The notes beneath the pieces were generated by a model that saw only the letters and a list, made by a program, of their open reading frames with translations, was not told the DNA's origin and made no database searches. Of a DNA stretch of 44,474 nt, positions 11,716 through 22,272 are shown piece after piece. Positions within the stretch are counted from its first letter, which is position 1; each line of letters begins with the position of its first letter. The DNA comes from an uncultured Methanomicrobiales archaeon. GTDB lineage: Archaea; Halobacteriota; Methanomicrobia; Methanomicrobiales; Methanospirillaceae. The translations under genes and the position numbers were made by a program. The stretch is from the NCBI GenBank assembly GCA_963758915.1, contig CAVWXH010000018.1, positions 1 through 44,474 of the forward strand, given 5' to 3'.

Positions 11716-12185
11716 TATCAATTTTTCATTTTCCCATATATGACTCTTTAAATTTTTTATCACCACAATGAAGATCCCAGATTTTTCCACTCCTTCGCCA
11801 CCCCTGCAAATCCACCCCATTCCAGCCCCTCTATCGCAAAAATCAGCCGGTATTCCCCCTTTCACCACCCTTTGCCAGCCCCAAATCGGACATCAACCTG
11901 GTTTTTGGGCAGTTTCACCAGTATTACAGCCCGTTAATGCAAAAACCCCGATATTTATCGTACCGAAAAACAGCTCCCATATACCCTTGGTTGCTGGATT
12001 TAATCACGGGCAATATCCCGGATCATTGTAACGGCCCGGCAGGTATGGAACGGGTAGCCTCCGGGTTTCAGGCAGGGGGACATCATCCCGGGGATACATC
12101 ACAACCCTGTGAACAGATAGTTAGCTATATTTGTTGCCTGCTTCTAATCTTGCCTGTTAACATAAGGACCAGGGGCAAGTACAGG

Positions 12186-13187
12186 ATGGCTGGGACCACC
12201 GAAGCCGGGCATAGTGAGGCGATTACCTGTAAGATACAGGGAAATATTAATTACCGGCAGGAAAATTTCGAAGCAGCACTTTTATTTTACGAAAAAGGCC
12301 TGGAAATAGACCCTGAAAATATCGATATCTGGAATAACAAAGGACTGACCCTGGTTAAACTTGGCAGGATAGAAGAGGCAAGGCAATGCAAGCGGGAAAT
12401 GAAGAGGCTCGGGAAAAATCAGGGGGCACTTCATACTACCTCACCCACGGTTACAACTGATGAAACGGAGAAGCCGAAGCAATGCACGTTTAAAATCAAG
12501 GGCGTGAACGGGAATATTGAGATCATACCTGCACCGGTTACACCCGATGTGACCGTGAAAGCCCGGCAGCACGATCTGCAATTCCGGGATATTGAACAGA
12601 ATATTGAATCAATAAAGAACGGGCTCGATAAGGTCAGGCTCAGGAGGATCGAAGAGGCAGAGCAATGCAAACTTCAGATCACAGAGATGGAGGAGACCAT
12701 CGAGCAGACAAAGCTGGGCCTCAACCTGGTTAAAAAGGGCAGGATCGAAGAGGCCAGGAGAATTAAATATATCGAGGAACACATCGAGTTGACAAAGAAA
12801 GGGCTTGAACAGATAAAAACCGGCAGGATTGAGGAGGCGACACATTATTCACAGCAACTGGAGGCAATTGAAGAGAAGATCGAATTAACGAGGAACAGCC
12901 TGAAGCAGGTTAAAGAGGGAGAGGCTGAAAATGTCACGATCGGTAACACGGGAGCCACAGTCACCACCGGGAATACGAAAAGGACAAAGAAAATTAGTGC
13001 CCCGGCATCTCCCGCTGTTGTTGGAGAGGGAACGGAGAATGCACACCAGATTAAGGACATCGAGGATATTATCGGGTTACCCGATGAAACCGATCAACCG
13101 GCGACCCCTGGAAAAATCAGGCTGGTGGGTGTATTACTTGTTTTTTTCATCGTGCTAATCCTTGCATTCTTTGCCTTTTTCAGATAA
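12186..13187 (+). CDS. TPR-repeat, coiled-coil protein with C-terminal membrane anchor
   Basis: Probable start ATG 12186 within ORF 11937-13187; TPR consensus (QGNINYRQENFEAALLFYEKGLEIDPENIDIWNNKGLTLVKLGRIEEA); internal xGRIEEA repeats; C-terminal LVGVLLVFFIVLILAFFAFFR. Confidence 0.75.
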   Translation: MAGTTEAGHSEAITCKIQGNINYRQENFEAALLFYEKGLEIDPENIDIWNNKGLTLVKLGRIEEARQCKREMKRLGKNQGALHTTSPTVTTDETEKPKQCTFKIKGVNGNIEIIPAPVTPDVTVKARQHDLQFRDIEQNIESIKNGLDKVRLRRIEEAEQCKLQITEMEETIEQTKLGLNLVKKGRIEEARRIKYIEEHIELTKKGLEQIKTGRIEEATHYSQQLEAIEEKIELTRNSLKQVKEGEAENVTIGNTGATVTTGNTKRTKKISAPASPAVVGEGTENAHQIKDIEDIIGLPDETDQPATPGKIRLVGVLLVFFIVLILAFFAFFR

Positions 13188-13316
13188 CAGGACCCCGGAA
13201 CTGCGAACCGTTACCGCTTGGGATTTCCCGGCTGACTATGCAGATGCAACATTTGTGCCTGTAAATGTCGTTCCGGGTCGATTAAAAATCAAGACATTCC
13301 GGTTTCGCCAGGAGAG

Positions 13317-14270
13317 TTACCCGGAAGTGGAGTACTTTGTTGGATAATTGGTAATAATAAGTTCAGATATCACTCCTCTCCGATCACCATTACTATTAAT
13401 TGCCCTTTTTGCAGGGACCCGGTCAATCGGGTAACCTGCATAGAGGGTGTCGAAAAATGAATCATCCGGGTCTTCGTTTTTAGGGTCTGAGTTGGAGAGC
13501 ATCACTTTTGCGCCCCTGCGATCGATCGTTTTGAAAAACTCTGCCAGCCGGACCTGGTCACTATCGGAGAACCCGCCTTTTGAGTACCCGGTAAATTTTG
13601 AGGTCCGGTTGAGCGGACGGTATGGCGGATCGAGATAAACAAAGGTATTGCTATCGACAAATTTCTCACAGGCGGTAAAATCTCCCAATGAAATTTCTGT
13701 GTTCTGCAACGATTCTGACGCCTCTTTGAGGCTCCGTTCATCAAGTATCCGGGGGTTTTTATAGGAGCCAAACGGGACATTAAACCATCCCAGCGAATTG
13801 ACGCGGAACAGCCCGTTGAAACAGGTATGGTTCAGGAATATCAGCTCAGCGGTGCGTTGAACCCAAGAGGAATGATAATGCAGGAAATCTGTTTTTGCCC
13901 TGTTGTTATTGAAATCCTCACGGATTTTATAGTACAACGGGGACCTTTCCTCAGCAGGTGTTTCAAAAAAAGTAATTTCAAGCACCCTGAGTGCATCAAT
14001 CAATGCATTGACCTTCGCTTTTACAACACGGTATGCAAGGACCAGTTCTTCATTACTATCGCAGATATAAGCGGTCTCAAATCCATATTTTTTGTTTATT
14101 GCGAAAAATAAGGCACCCCCGCCAATAAAAGGCTCGACAAAATTAGATAACCCGCATTCTTTTAATTCCCGCGGGAACCTGGGTTCAAATGCAGCCAATA
14201 ACTGGGTTTTTCCACCGGCCCATTTTATAAATGGTTTTACCGCTTTTTCTTCTGACTTTTGAATGGTCAT
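13317..14270 (-). CDS. dam: Dam-family (D12 class) N6-adenine DNA methyltransferase
   Basis: KPFIKWAGGK, SAM-binding FVEPFIGGGALF, CFNGLFRVN..FNVPFG, catalytic YLDPPY; likely start ATG 14270 (MTIQKSEEK). Confidence 0.9.
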   Translation of the reverse strand: MTIQKSEEKAVKPFIKWAGGKTQLLAAFEPRFPRELKECGLSNFVEPFIGGGALFFAINKKYGFETAYICDSNEELVLAYRVVKAKVNALIDALRVLEITFFETPAEERSPLYYKIREDFNNNRAKTDFLHYHSSWVQRTAELIFLNHTCFNGLFRVNSLGWFNVPFGSYKNPRILDERSLKEASESLQNTEISLGDFTACEKFVDSNTFVYLDPPYRPLNRTSKFTGYSKGGFSDSDQVRLAEFFKTIDRRGAKVMLSNSDPKNEDPDDSFFDTLYAGYPIDRVPAKRAINSNGDRRGVISELIITNYPTKYSTSG

Positions 14271-14419
14271 ACCTGCCCATGAAGAGATTTCTATACGTAT
14301 ATGCGGGTCAGTAAAGGTTATACTTTTTTTATTTTTGCCGTTGGCCGGAAATAGATGAATCCGGAAATTCCTGCCCTTACAATATCCTGTTATCTTATGA
14401 AGATCCAGCTGGACTCTGT

Positions 14420-14767
14420 ATGCACACGGGGTTTGGCTTTGTCGAAATCGACGGGGTGACCTACACCCACGATATTGTGATCCATACCGACGGGACCATC
14501 TCAAAACGGAAAAAGAAGAAATCAAAGGAATTAAAAGGTGAATATGGCCATACGCCACTTTCCGGCCTGGAACTGGATTTCATTGCAGGTGAAAACCCTG
14601 ATATAATCTATATCGGAACCGGCCAGTATGGATCTCTTCCCCTGACCAGCGATGCAGAAACACTGCTTGATAACTACAAAACGATAATAAAAGATACAGC
14701 CGGGGTTATTTCGGAACTGGCTGCTGAGAAGCGCCGCTACGTCGCTATCCTGCACGTGACCTGCTGA
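14420..14767 (+). CDS. Mth938-like domain protein
   Basis: FGFVEIDGVTYTHDIVI, IYIGTGQYG and C-terminal HVTC are typical of the Mth938/DUF498 family. Confidence 0.8.
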   Translation: MHTGFGFVEIDGVTYTHDIVIHTDGTISKRKKKKSKELKGEYGHTPLSGLELDFIAGENPDIIYIGTGQYGSLPLTSDAETLLDNYKTIIKDTAGVISELAAEKRRYVAILHVTC

Positions 14768-15268
14768 AAATAGATCAAATCCTTAACAATTGATCCTGTT
14801 GTTTCAACAATCTTGTAACTTGTAAAAAGGGGATAATTCAGACGGGAGCACGCCAATCCACAGAAGTCCTGTCACAGTGTTTGAATTCCCTGAAAATGGT
14901 AGTTGTTCCATGGTCTGTGATAATCCCGGAACCTGGGTTGTGTCCCATCACCGATGATGTTTCTGAAATAAAACCCAAGGGTGGTTACTACCGGGCTATC
15001 CAGATAGGACATGGAATTAGTGTCGTAAGTCTCGATACAGGGCGGTTTGAAGTGCTTGGTTGGGGAACTGACTGTACCGCTACCTTAACAGCCGGAGAAC
15101 GGGTCCACAATACCAATTTTTCATCCAAAAATGGGAAGATTTATTCGTAATACAATCATTTGCTCACATAATAGCCCCTGATTACCACGGGTTTTAAGTC
15201 CTGACAGGACATCCTCTGCTGTAATTATGGGGCATGGAATTCATCAGCCAGTTACCAGGTGACCGCCA

Positions 15269-16573
15269 GTGGCCATAACAGACCTTCAAACCACCGATAG
15301 GCAAGATACCGGAGTGGAAGCAGGAGACCATGACAGTCTCAGGGAAATCCTGAACGCCGAACTGGAACTGGGCAGGCTGCTCTTTACAGCAGGTTCACCC
15401 GGCCAGAGGATCCTTGACTCCATCACCTTCCTGAACGAAAAACTGGAAGGGGGAAAATTAAAGGTATTTCTCGGTTTTGAGGCCCTGGTAATATCTATAG
15501 AGCAGGGGGGAAAAAAGAGGGTGGGCATGGTTGATTACCCGATGCCGGCCTCACTGAATGCCAACGCCATCACTGAGATCAGCCAGTACCTTCATGCCCT
15601 GCCGGACAGCATCGATCCCGGCACTGTCCTTCGCAGTCTTGAACAACTGCCACTCCGGCGCCATTATGACCGCCTGCTCACGGTCATGGCAGTTACCCTC
15701 TTCACGGTAATTTTCGGCTATTTCAACCATGCAGATGAATATGCACTCCTCATCATCGGGATCGCCGCTTGTACTGCAGCCATAGTCCGTATCCTCGTCA
15801 TGGGCAGGGGCTACAGTTACTATATCGTTGTGCTCGCCACCACCCTTATCGCAACCCTGGCAGCCGCGTTGCTATCACTGGTGATACCCACAGGGACACC
15901 CCTGATCTCTCTCATTATTCCCTGCATATTTGTCATCCCGGGTTACCAGTTGATTAACGGGGGCTGGGAGGTGCTCAGGAACCACCTGCATATCGGTATC
16001 CCACGTCTCGTGGTGTTCCTGAACGTGATCGCCATCATGACGGTCGGGTTGCTTGCAGTCCTTCTCGTATATTCCCCGGGCCCGGATGGCCCCGGCCTTT
16101 ACCTCCCGGTATCAGTCTCGCTTGTCACCGTGACAATACTCGGTGGACTGACTGCCGCCTGCTACTGCGTACTCATGAATGCACAACGCCAGGCAATCCT
16201 TATTTGTTTTATCTGTGGTGCAGCGGGTCGTCTTCTCAGGAACGGGGTTGTAATGGCTGGTGGCGACGTATACCTTGGTGTGTTCTGCGGGACCATTCTG
16301 ATCTCCCTGCTTGCACTTGTTCTCTGTCCCTGCTGGAAAATCCCCGTCGCGCTTCCCCTCGTCGCTGCATCAGTCCAGTTCATTCCGGGCTATTACATTA
16401 TTTTATGCCTGCAGGGTATGGCTATGATCATCAGCATGGGCCAGTCGGTCCCCTATACGGTGGTAGCCACAACGATAACCAACGGCCTGTTGTCCCTGTT
16501 CGTTGCGGCATCGATTGTCATGGGTACCCTGCTCCCCCTCCTTATCTTCGGTAAAGACCGCCGGTGGTACTGA
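15269..16573 (+). CDS. ThrE-family threonine/serine exporter (fused two-domain form)
   Basis: N-terminal ELGRLLFTAG soluble part, about ten hydrophobic segments, duplicated IFVIPG / VQFIPG motifs. Confidence 0.75.
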   Translation: MAITDLQTTDRQDTGVEAGDHDSLREILNAELELGRLLFTAGSPGQRILDSITFLNEKLEGGKLKVFLGFEALVISIEQGGKKRVGMVDYPMPASLNANAITEISQYLHALPDSIDPGTVLRSLEQLPLRRHYDRLLTVMAVTLFTVIFGYFNHADEYALLIIGIAACTAAIVRILVMGRGYSYYIVVLATTLIATLAAALLSLVIPTGTPLISLIIPCIFVIPGYQLINGGWEVLRNHLHIGIPRLVVFLNVIAIMTVGLLAVLLVYSPGPDGPGLYLPVSVSLVTVTILGGLTAACYCVLMNAQRQAILICFICGAAGRLLRNGVVMAGGDVYLGVFCGTILISLLALVLCPCWKIPVALPLVAASVQFIPGYYIILCLQGMAMIISMGQSVPYTVVATTITNGLLSLFVAASIVMGTLLPLLIFGKDRRWY

Positions 16574-16653
16574 ATTGACATAGATCGATGGGGCTACCAC
16601 CAATGTTCAAATGTTCAGGCAAAATCAGCAGGTCCATATCAACTTCTTAAGGG

Positions 16654-17208
16654 TTAGAATCGCTGCAGATGGAGCGGAAAAGCGTAGTGCTGAGATGAAC
16701 GGTCGCCATGGTCAGGAAAAATGGTTACAATAGTTCCGGAATCAAGCGACTCTGCGACTTTCAGCACCCCTGCCAGTGCTGCCCCGCTCGACATCCCGGT
16801 AAAGATCCCTTCACGGGTCGCAACGCGGACGCCTTTTTTCTTAAGGTTCATCCACGGAAGGAGGTTCGAATGATGTTCCAGCCACGTGGTGATTATCTCG
16901 TCACCTCGTTTCCACGTAAGCCCGTTTGCAACCGTATTTACTGCGTCAGTGGTATTTTTTGTAAAAATTATGTGGTCCGGAGAGACGTTCAGAAAATTTC
17001 CGAGCCGGGACCTGGTCTCCTCGTACTTTTCCGTTGTCTTCCGGGCGAGGTGATGGGCACCTCTCCCGTGATTTGCCGCGTATTCGAAGAAATATTCGCA
17101 CATCGCATCGACAGAGCACCGGGGCGTCTGGCTTGTCGAGGCGCTGTCAAGATAGATACACTGTGCGAGTATTGGAAATTCCTTGCGTAACTTTTCAAGA
17201 TCATACAT
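16654..17208 (-). pseudogene. Chimeric remnant: SufS-type cysteine desulfurase N-terminus fused in frame to cysteine synthase (CysK/CysM) C-terminus
   Basis: Residues ~1-129: [33 protein letters not shown] (SufS); remainder: [26 protein letters not shown] (CysK/M). The PLP-binding lysines of both parents are absent. Confidence 0.8.
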
Positions 17209-17491
17209 TTATTGTCACCCTTGAGATACGGGATTCCCCGGGATATGCAGTATTCATAAGAAGCGCAGGGAATAAAAAAATGTTCACAATTGTTACAATT
17301 AATGACCTGAATGGTATTTCGATCCCTGAAAGTGAGCAGGTTACTCTGGGATCTATTTAAAGAAGAGAATTGTGTAGTGTATTCAACCGTTAAGCCCGCT
17401 CTTCTTCATTTTTCAGTCTGAACCATAAATGGGAATATTTATACTATGTCATGGCCAACCTTGCTATGCAATAGCATGGCAGAGGTAACGA

Positions 17492-18811
17492 ATGAAACAT
17501 ACGTATGTATTCTTATTGATAGGATTGGTCGTAATTGGTGCATTCCTTGCAGGTTGCACCCAGCAGGCATCGACGGCACCAGCCCAGAATATTAAGATTG
17601 GTGTTGTGGCGTCATTGACCGGGCCGTCAAGTACTACCGGAAAAGATGTCTGGGAGTCAGCTCAGCTCGCAGCCGAGGAGATCAACGCCAAAGGCGGGGT
17701 CTATGTAAAAGATTTCGGTAAAAGTGTCCCGATCGTGCTGGTCCAGGGCGATGATGAGTCAACGCGGGAAGGAGGCCAGAAAGCAGTGTCAAGGATGATT
17801 ACCCAGGACAACGTCGATATGCTGGTAGGGGGGTTCTCGAGTGCCGTTGTTTCGGCGCACCAGTCAATCGTTGCCGAGCATAATGTTCCCTATATCATCA
17901 CCGGGGCATCGACACCAGTCATCACACGCCGGACTGATGTGAACACAAGTTACATGTTCCATCATGCACCGACAACAGATGATTCCGGAAGCCAGACCAC
18001 GTTATTTATCGATAAGGTCATCCGTCCTGCAATCAATGCAAAGTTCGGATTCCCGGCGGACAGGCCACTGAAGCTCGCCATACTCTACCAGGACAGCCCC
18101 TATGGAAAAGGTCACCTTGAGGCAGTAAAGAACACGATCGCCAACAATAGTCTTAAAATCAACCTTGTCTCCCAGGAGACATTCAAGATGGGCGAGAGCG
18201 ACTTCAGGACAGCGTTGACAAGCATCAAGAGCTCGGACCCCGATGTGGTCTATGTTGCAGCGTTCCTAAACGAACAGATACCCATCGAAACACAGGCGAT
18301 GAGAGATGTTGGCCTCAAAAAGATCTTTATTGCCATTGAACCGAATGATGACCCTGATTTCTACAAGGGTGTCGGAAAATACGGGGACTACTCTATTATA
18401 CAGAGCCGTTTCAGTCCATATACCGTTCCGAAAGGCCCGACCGAAGCAGCATACAATAAATTTGTTACTGATTTCGATAAGAAATTTGGTGGATTCCCGG
18501 GAATGATGGGCGTTGCAACCTATGAGGGAGTATACATAGGTGCCAAAGCAGTCGAAAATGCAGGTACATTAAACAAAACAGCAGTGAAAACTGCGATTGC
18601 GAATTTACAGATGCCCCAGTTAGTCGAGGCGATGCAAGGCCAGACAATCAATTTCTCAAAGGATTTCCGTGAGAGCAAATTTGACCTTACCATGGAGCAA
18701 CTGGTCTGGGACCCGGCAGTCAATGAAACAAGGCCGAAGATTGTCTCACCCGCTAATCTAAAAGAAACTGACTTTGTGCTCCCGGACTGGTATATGCCAG
18801 CCAAAGCATAA
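17492..18811 (+). CDS. livK: Branched-chain amino acid (HAAT) ABC transporter substrate-binding lipoprotein
   Basis: Lipobox-like FLAGC, IKIGVVASLTG, EEINAKGG, DFRTALTSIK..PDVV. Confidence 0.85.
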   Translation: MKHTYVFLLIGLVVIGAFLAGCTQQASTAPAQNIKIGVVASLTGPSSTTGKDVWESAQLAAEEINAKGGVYVKDFGKSVPIVLVQGDDESTREGGQKAVSRMITQDNVDMLVGGFSSAVVSAHQSIVAEHNVPYIITGASTPVITRRTDVNTSYMFHHAPTTDDSGSQTTLFIDKVIRPAINAKFGFPADRPLKLAILYQDSPYGKGHLEAVKNTIANNSLKINLVSQETFKMGESDFRTALTSIKSSDPDVVYVAAFLNEQIPIETQAMRDVGLKKIFIAIEPNDDPDFYKGVGKYGDYSIIQSRFSPYTVPKGPTEAAYNKFVTDFDKKFGGFPGMMGVATYEGVYIGAKAVENAGTLNKTAVKTAIANLQMPQLVEAMQGQTINFSKDFRESKFDLTMEQLVWDPAVNETRPKIVSPANLKETDFVLPDWYMPAKA

Positions 18812-18858
18812 ACCCTGATAACACCAATTTTTTATACAGGTCCCGGAGAGGATTAGAA

Positions 18859-19740
18859 ATGGAAATCGGCCTAGACATCTTCCTGCAGGTTTTGGTATGG
18901 GGTTTATATGCCGGATGCATCTATATCCTTCTTGCAACGGGTCTCAACCTGATTTTCGGGGTAATGAAGGTCGTAAATTTTGCCCATGGCCAGTTGCTTA
19001 TGATCGGTGCATATGTGACCTTTTCTTTCTTTGTTCTCACGGGTTTCAACCCCTATGTCCTCCTGGCTGCATCAATCCCCATCCTGATCGTGATCGGCGT
19101 GATCATCGAAAGGTTATGTTTCCGTCCTATTCTTGGCACGGGGAAGTTAAACGAGATCTTCATCAGCATCGGACTGATTTATATTTTCGAAAATGTCGCT
19201 GCCATGATCTGGACAGATGAATGGAAAGTAATTCAAAGCCCGTTTGAAGCAATAACTGTTTCAATAGGGAGTATGAAAATCCCCGTTGATTACCTCATTA
19301 TCATTGTCACGACGGTAGTGATCCTCGTTGCGCTTTACCTGTTCCTTAAGAAGTCCCGGCTCGGGCTTGCAGTCCGTGCGACCAGCCAGAACCGGAAGGC
19401 TGCGATGCTGGTAGGGATCAATGTCGAACGGATGGACATGCTGAGCTTTGGTATCGGGGCCGGGCTTGCCGGGGCTGCCGGGACGCTATGGGTGGTCAGC
19501 GGGCAGGTCTTTAACCCATACATGGGCTCCGTACCAGCAGTCAAGGCCTTTGCCATCGTGATTATCGGAGGACTCGGGAGCATTCCGGGTGCGATTATCG
19601 GGGGTCTTATCCTTGGAATAGCAGAAAATTTCACCGTATTTACGATAGGCGGTGCCTGGAAGGACGCGGTTGCCTTCCTCATTTTAATAATCGTCCTGAT
19701 AATCAAGCCGACCGGTTTGTTCGGGGAGGAAGCAGAGTGA
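18859..19740 (+). CDS. livH: HAAT ABC transporter permease LivH
   Basis: GLNLIFGVMKVVNFAHG, GLAVRATSQN..AAMLVGIN, IIGGLGSIPGA. Confidence 0.9.
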   Translation: MEIGLDIFLQVLVWGLYAGCIYILLATGLNLIFGVMKVVNFAHGQLLMIGAYVTFSFFVLTGFNPYVLLAASIPILIVIGVIIERLCFRPILGTGKLNEIFISIGLIYIFENVAAMIWTDEWKVIQSPFEAITVSIGSMKIPVDYLIIIVTTVVILVALYLFLKKSRLGLAVRATSQNRKAAMLVGINVERMDMLSFGIGAGLAGAAGTLWVVSGQVFNPYMGSVPAVKAFAIVIIGGLGSIPGAIIGGLILGIAENFTVFTIGGAWKDAVAFLILIIVLIIKPTGLFGEEAE

Positions 19741-20729
19741 TAACAACGATGGATAAAAACCGGGTCGTCCAGTATCTCACTATCGCGGCACTGGCATGTG
19801 CCGTCCTGTTCCCCCTTGTTACCGGGCTGAACGTGTATTACTTAACCGTTCTGATTATCATGGTCATTTTCATCATTTATGCGTCCGCCTGGAATTTCCT
19901 GACCTACAGCGGCCAGGGATCCCTGGGGCATGCTGCATTCTTCGGGATTGGAGGTTACATATCCACACTGATCGCGGTGAAAAGTGGCTTAACGCCATAC
20001 CTGACAATATTTTTCGGGGGCGCTGCGGCTGCGGCAGTCGGGCTATTTATTGGCATTATCTGTGTAAGGATGAAGGAATGGTTCCTCGCCATGGTCACGT
20101 TCGGGTTTGCGGTCATTATACAGGTGCTGGTCGCAAGCCAGTTCAGTTCTGTCACCGGGGGTTGGGACGGTGTTGCAGCACCTCCGCTGATCAGCAATAC
20201 GGTACCGAACTACCTTGTATATGAGTATTATTCCATCCTGCTTATTGCAGTCGTTGTTATACTCCTGTTCAGGAGCATTTTAAACTCAAAAATAGGCCTT
20301 GCATTTTCGGCGATACGGGAGAATGAACTTGAAGCCCGTGCAGCGGGGATCGATCCGGTCAGGTACAAACTGCTGGCATTCATGGTAAGTGCATATTTTG
20401 CCGGCCTTGCAGGTGCATTGGAAATCCACTATCTCGGTTATGTCACACCCGAAATATTTGGCGTTGATATCTCGTTCTGGCCAATTATCTATTCCATAAG
20501 TGGGGGGCTCGGCACACTTGCAGGGCCGATTATCGGGACAATAGTCATTACACTCCTGTGGGATGGTCTCCAGTCGCTCGGCCTTACGTACGGACGTTTC
20601 ATCATTATCGGCGTCATCCTTGTCCTCGTCGTAATATTCCTGCCACGCGGCCTGGTCTCCCTGCCGGAAGAGATTAAAAAAAGGGCTCCCAGATGGAGGG
20701 TACGGCTCAACAAACTGCTCTCAAAATAA
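19737..20729 (+). CDS. livM: HAAT ABC transporter permease LivM
   Basis: GQGSLGHAAFFGIGGY, AIRENELEARAAGID, GGLGTLAGPIIG. Confidence 0.9.
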   Translation: MITTMDKNRVVQYLTIAALACAVLFPLVTGLNVYYLTVLIIMVIFIIYASAWNFLTYSGQGSLGHAAFFGIGGYISTLIAVKSGLTPYLTIFFGGAAAAAVGLFIGIICVRMKEWFLAMVTFGFAVIIQVLVASQFSSVTGGWDGVAAPPLISNTVPNYLVYEYYSILLIAVVVILLFRSILNSKIGLAFSAIRENELEARAAGIDPVRYKLLAFMVSAYFAGLAGALEIHYLGYVTPEIFGVDISFWPIIYSISGGLGTLAGPIIGTIVITLLWDGLQSLGLTYGRFIIIGVILVLVVIFLPRGLVSLPEEIKKRAPRWRVRLNKLLSK

Positions 20730-20837
20730 TTATTTTTTAAAAAAAATGCACGATTTCAACTAACCCATACGTTATTCAACCCTGTATAGAAAATTGGTTG
20801 TTAACCTCGTCAGATAACCCTTTTTCTTATCCTGCCC

Positions 20838-21533
20838 TTAAAGCCCCAGATAACAGGCCTGTATCTCCTGGTTATCGAGGAGTTCCTGTGCTGTGCCCTG
20901 GATCGTGATCCTTCCGTTTTCAAGTACATATCCACGGTGCGAAATTTCGAGGGCGTGCATCACGTTTTGTTCGAGCAGCAGAATTGAAAGCCCGGATTCA
21001 TTGAGTTTTGCCACCGATTGGAGCACACTTTTTACAAAAAGCGGGGAAAGGCCAAGAGAGGGCTCGTCAAGCACCAGCAGCTTCGGGTTTAACATCAGGC
21101 TTCGCCCTATTGCCAGCATCTGCTGCTCACCACCTGATAACGTGCCGGCCAGCTGGCCCTGCCTCTCCCTGAGAACCGGGAACATCTCAAGTACTGGTTC
21201 CGGATCACTCGATCCCTGTGTATTCAGGTGACCACCAAGGCTTAGGTTCTCCCGGACTGACATCTTTGGGAAGAGTTCCCTTTTTTCCGGGACGAGTGTA
21301 ATACCTCTCTTCACAATCTCGTACGGCAACAGCCCAAGGATCTCCTGGTCCAGAAACCGTATAGAGCCCCGGGCGCTCCGGTTCAGGCCCATAATTGTCT
21401 CGACAAATGTTGTTTTTCCTGCACCGTTTGGTCCAAGGAGCGTAACAATCTCACCCTTGTGGACCTCCAGGGAAAGGTCCCAGACCACATGCAGGTTACC
21501 GTGGCAGACATCCAGATGTTCTATCTTGAGCAA
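20838..21533 (-). CDS. livF: HAAT ABC transporter ATP-binding protein LivF
   Basis: Walker A GPNGAGKT, AGTLSGGEQQMLAIGR, LDEPSLGLSP; probable TTG start at 21533 after AGAGGT. Confidence 0.9.
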   Translation of the reverse strand: MLKIEHLDVCHGNLHVVWDLSLEVHKGEIVTLLGPNGAGKTTFVETIMGLNRSARGSIRFLDQEILGLLPYEIVKRGITLVPEKRELFPKMSVRENLSLGGHLNTQGSSDPEPVLEMFPVLRERQGQLAGTLSGGEQQMLAIGRSLMLNPKLLVLDEPSLGLSPLFVKSVLQSVAKLNESGLSILLLEQNVMHALEISHRGYVLENGRITIQGTAQELLDNQEIQACYLGL

Positions 21534-21543
21534 AAATTGACCT

Positions 21544-22272
21544 CTAGGTAGTATATTTTTCGCCAAGGTATGAATCTATTACCCGCTGGTCATTGAGAAC
21601 ATCGAGGGGTGTGCCCTCTGCTATTTTTTCACCGTGGTCAAGTACCACGATACGGTCGGAAACGCCGGTAATGACCCTCATCACGTGCTCAATCAGCATG
21701 ATGGTCGTACCGCCATCCCTGATCTTTTTTATCAGGCTGATTGCTTCCCCGCTCTCGTTCGGGTTCAGCCCCGTGGTGAGTTCGTCCATGAGCAGGAGTT
21801 TTGGCCTGGAAGCCAGGGCCCGGGCAAGCTGAATGCGCTTCAATTCCATGAGGTTCAGCTGGGAGAGTGGTGCATCAATCTTGTCTTTTGGAAAACCTAC
21901 AAATTCGAGGTGGCCGATCGCCTCCTCGCGGGCATCCTTCATACCGACCTTATGATGGTTACCAAAGATTGCGCTGACCATTACCGCTTCAGTAGCGAGC
22001 ATCCCAGGAAAAGACTGTGGGTGCTGGAATGTCTTGGCTATTCCCTTCTTGCAGAGCTTGTTCAGGGAGAGACCGGTAATATTCTCGCCCTTATAGTGTA
22101 TAGTGCCATTGTCGGGCTGGTAGAGGCCGGATATAATATTGAGGAGTGTTGTCTTTCCCGCCCCGTTCGGACCGACCAGCCCTAGGATTTCTCCTTCGTG
22201 AAGGGTCAGGTCTACATCCTGCACTGCAACAAGGCCCCCGAATTTTTTCTTTACCTTATGTGCGACTAGCAT
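21544..22272 (-). CDS. livG: HAAT ABC transporter ATP-binding protein LivG
   Basis: KKFGGLVAV, GPNGAGKTT, IEHVM, IAEGTP..YLG; ATG 22272 preceded by GGTGA. Confidence 0.9.
   Translation of the reverse strand: MLVAHKVKKKFGGLVAVQDVDLTLHEGEILGLVGPNGAGKTTLLNIISGLYQPDNGTIHYKGENITGLSLNKLCKKGIAKTFQHPQSFPGMLATEAVMVSAIFGNHHKVGMKDAREEAIGHLEFVGFPKDKIDAPLSQLNLMELKRIQLARALASRPKLLLMDELTTGLNPNESGEAISLIKKIRDGGTTIMLIEHVMRVITGVSDRIVVLDHGEKIAEGTPLDVLNDQRVIDSYLGEKYTT

Noticed and set aside
11768-12185. C-rich ORF 11768-12031 and N-terminal extension of ORF 11937-13187
   Set aside because: Low-complexity, non-protein-like translation; TPR homology starts only after ATG 12186.
14881-15150. 89-aa ORF between the Mth938-like gene and the exporter
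   Set aside because: TTG start and no recognisable motif in this frame or in the minus-strand frames I translated; cannot be supported.
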